Of a stretch of DNA of 64,000 nucleotides, positions 62,016 to 64,000 are shown piece by piece; position 1 is the first letter of the stretch; each line of letters opens with the position of its first letter. Origin of the DNA: Eubacteriales bacterium (GTDB taxonomy: Bacteria; Bacillota; Clostridia; Oscillospirales; CAG-272); contig JAZQKP010000014.1 in NCBI GenBank assembly GCA_045542275.1, positions 524-64,523 on the forward strand, in the 5' to 3' direction. The notes beneath the pieces were generated by a model, which was not told the DNA's origin, searched no databases, and worked only from the letters and a program-made list of their open reading frames with translations. Both the position numbers and the translations under genes were made by a program.

Positions 62016-63437
62016 ATGCTTAAATACATTACAGGAGTTAAAAATCAGCTCCCACTTTACTATTTTGAAAGATTATCTGAAATTCCCAGAGGCTCAGGCA
62101 ATGAGGCTGAGGCAGCTGATTTTGTAGCGAATTTTGCAAAATCAAAGGGACTTTTCTGCTACAAGGACCAACATAATAATGTGCTTATCAAAAAGCCCGC
62201 ATCAAAGGGTCGTGAGAACGAGGAAGCTATTCTTCTTCAGGCCCATACAGATATGGTATGTGAAAAGAACAAGGGTACCGAGCACGATTTTACAAAGGAT
62301 CCCATAAAGCTTATCCAGGAGGGAAATATTCTTCACGCAGACGGTACCACACTTGGTGGCGACGACGGATTTGGCGTGTCTATGATGATGGCTATCCTTG
62401 ATGATGACTCTATTTCTCATCCTGCTATTGAGTGTCTTTTTACATCCAGTGAGGAAATCGGTCTTGTGGGGGCATCTAACTTTGATTACAGTCTTATTAA
62501 TGCCACAAGAATGATTAACCTTGACTCTGCCGAGGATTCAACAGTCATAATCGGCTGCTGTGGCGGTGTAAGAACCGAATTTACATTACCCGTATCAAGA
62601 GGTGGCGAGGAAATCGGCTACAGACTCTGCATTGAGGGACTGTGTGGTGGACACTCAGGAGAGGACATTGATAAGGGTAGACTTAATTCTCACATTTTAA
62701 TGGGTACTTTGCTTAATAAAATTAATAAAAAAACACCGATACGTGTCGCTTATTTACACGGTGGTGATAAGGACAACGCTATTCCACGTGAATGTGAGGC
62801 TGTTTTTGTTGCTGACTCCGAAATTGATAGTGCTTTTGACGAAATCCGTACATACGGTATGGAGCTTTTGAAGGCTGAAGAGGACAAGGGTCTTAGAATT
62901 ACTCTTGAAAAGAACATTTTATGTAAACCATTCTCCTATGAGGATACAAAGCATATTCTTGACCTTATTTCCGTAAGAAACGGCGTTTTAAGATACAGAA
63001 GCGTTGAGCCTATTCTTCCTGAGCTTTCACGCAATCTTGCAAGAATAAGAACAAATGAAAACAATATTTCTGTCGGCTTCTCTTCCCGTTGCAGTCTTGA
63101 AAGTGGACTTAACGAAAGTACAACAGAGCTTGATAATTTGGCATCTGAAATGGGTGCATCTACCCTTCACCACGAAAAATATCCCGGTTGGGAGAGTGAC
63201 CCAAATGCCGAAATTATTGAAAGCTGGAAAAATGCGTATCGTAAGGTAAGTGGCAAGGATGTTAATGTTACAATAATTCATGCAGGACTTGAATGCGGTA
63301 TTATTACAAGCTCTGTAAAGGGGCTTTCTGCTATTGCAGTAGGCTGTAACGTAATTGACCTTCATACACCCATGGAAAGAATGGAGCTTGACTCCTATGA
63401 CCTTATTTACGACGTACTTATTGAGCTCTTGGCTTAA
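62016..63437 (+). CDS. pepD: aminoacyl-histidine dipeptidase (M20 family, PepD)
   Basis: N-terminal FERLSEIPRGSGNE, metal ligands (QAHTDMV; GGDDGFG; SSEEIGL). About 473 aa. Confidence 0.85.
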   Translation: MLKYITGVKNQLPLYYFERLSEIPRGSGNEAEAADFVANFAKSKGLFCYKDQHNNVLIKKPASKGRENEEAILLQAHTDMVCEKNKGTEHDFTKDPIKLIQEGNILHADGTTLGGDDGFGVSMMMAILDDDSISHPAIECLFTSSEEIGLVGASNFDYSLINATRMINLDSAEDSTVIIGCCGGVRTEFTLPVSRGGEEIGYRLCIEGLCGGHSGEDIDKGRLNSHILMGTLLNKINKKTPIRVAYLHGGDKDNAIPRECEAVFVADSEIDSAFDEIRTYGMELLKAEEDKGLRITLEKNILCKPFSYEDTKHILDLISVRNGVLRYRSVEPILPELSRNLARIRTNENNISVGFSSRCSLESGLNESTTELDNLASEMGASTLHHEKYPGWESDPNAEIIESWKNAYRKVSGKDVNVTIIHAGLECGIITSSVKGLSAIAVGCNVIDLHTPMERMELDSYDLIYDVLIELLA

Positions 63438-63509
63438 GGTCGAAAATTGTCAAATACTGTTTATTTTCAGTTAACCTTATAGAAATATAATATAAAATGA
63501 GGTGATATA

Positions 63510-64000
63510 GTGTTCCATATTCTTGTAGTTGATGACGATAAAAATACAAGGCTGTTTCTTAAGGCTGTACTTGAGGATGCCAACTATACTGTATATACCG
63601 CAAAGGACGGTCTTGATGCTCTTGACGTGCTTGACAGGGAGCATATTGACCTTGTTGTGCTTGATATAATGATGCCCAATATGGACGGCTATGAATTTAC
63701 CAAAACATTGCGTGAAAGCCAGAATAATTTACCTATTCTTATGCTTTCTGCAAAGCAGCTGCCCAAGGACAAGCATATGGGCTTTCTTGTTGGTACTGAC
63801 GACTATATTACCAAGCCTGTGGATGATGAGGAAATGCTTTTAAGAATCAAGGCACTTCTCCGCCGTGCTAAAATTGTCAGTGAAAGAAAAATCGAGATAG
63901 GTGATGTGGTTCTTGACTATGATTCCTTTACTGTTTCAAAGGGTGCCGAGGTAGTTGAGCTTCCTCAAAAGGAGTTTTTACTTCTCTACAAGCTTCTTTC
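63510..64000 (+). CDS. OmpR-family response regulator (3' end outside window)
   Basis: Not in the ORF track because there is no stop in the window. GTG start 63510, 4 nt after GAGGTGA. Own translation reads FHILVVDDDKNTRLF...LVVLDIMMPNMDGYEF...DDYITKPV...LPQKEFLLLYKLL. Confidence 0.8.
   Translation, partial: MFHILVVDDDKNTRLFLKAVLEDANYTVYTAKDGLDALDVLDREHIDLVVLDIMMPNMDGYEFTKTLRESQNNLPILMLSAKQLPKDKHMGFLVGTDDYITKPVDDEEMLLRIKALLRRAKIVSERKIEIGDVVLDYDSFTVSKGAEVVELPQKEFLLLYKLL

Noticed and set aside
1-64000. Mobile elements, prophage, defence islands, tRNA/rRNA genes
   Set aside because: No transposase, integrase, recombinase, reverse transcriptase, phage structural gene, restriction/modification or Cas-like ORF appears in the six-frame track. 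No tRNA-like cloverleaf or rRNA segment was noticed in the intergenic regions.

Overview
Chromosomal segment from a low-GC, endospore-forming Firmicute, Clostridia-like (spo0A, spoIIIE/ftsK, cotH-family and DUF421 genes; SCG-type lipoboxes; T-box leaders). The exact taxon cannot be determined by eye. The backbone is housekeeping: rpmG-secE-nusG-rplK-rplA, rimM-trmD, obg, nfo, metG, cls, pheST, pnp-rpsO, ftsK, tmk, rplM-rpsI and pepD. Cell-envelope and surface content is interleaved with it: four OmpR-family response regulators (three with adjacent histidine kinases, the fourth cut by the window edge), four BspA-like leucine-rich-repeat (LRR) lipoproteins, a CotH-family lipoprotein, an HtrA protease, a P-type Ca-ATPase and a GH42/GH43 glycosidase operon. 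No transposase, integrase, reverse transcriptase, CRISPR array, tRNA or rRNA is visible. Four things deserve a second look. (1) Two intergenic elements (10159-10364 and 50791-50946) share an unusual layout: four copies of an 8-mer word, then about four copies of its reverse complement, each separated by a sequence-variable mini-hairpin. The word differs between the two elements but changes on both arms together, which looks like compensatory covariation. Both are followed by a related flank that is a strong promoter in one copy, and that promoter is duplicated 1.2 kb downstream. (2) A TTACA-N6-TTACA direct-repeat motif with 11-bp phasing recurs at four minus-strand promoters between 14.9 and 24.7 kb. 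It links two two-component systems, a pair of paralogous small 2-TM proteins and an anchored protein plus a giant LRR lipoprotein into one candidate envelope regulon next to cls. (3) Extracytoplasmic Cys/His zinc-ribbon-like repeat modules are fused to LRR lipoproteins. (4) Smaller items include a 20-bp perfect palindrome in the GH42 promoter spacer, a CotH gene bracketed by near-identical hairpins, and a split TauE/TSUP transporter. All calls come from reading the sequence and from recalled family signatures; no database search or folding computation was run.
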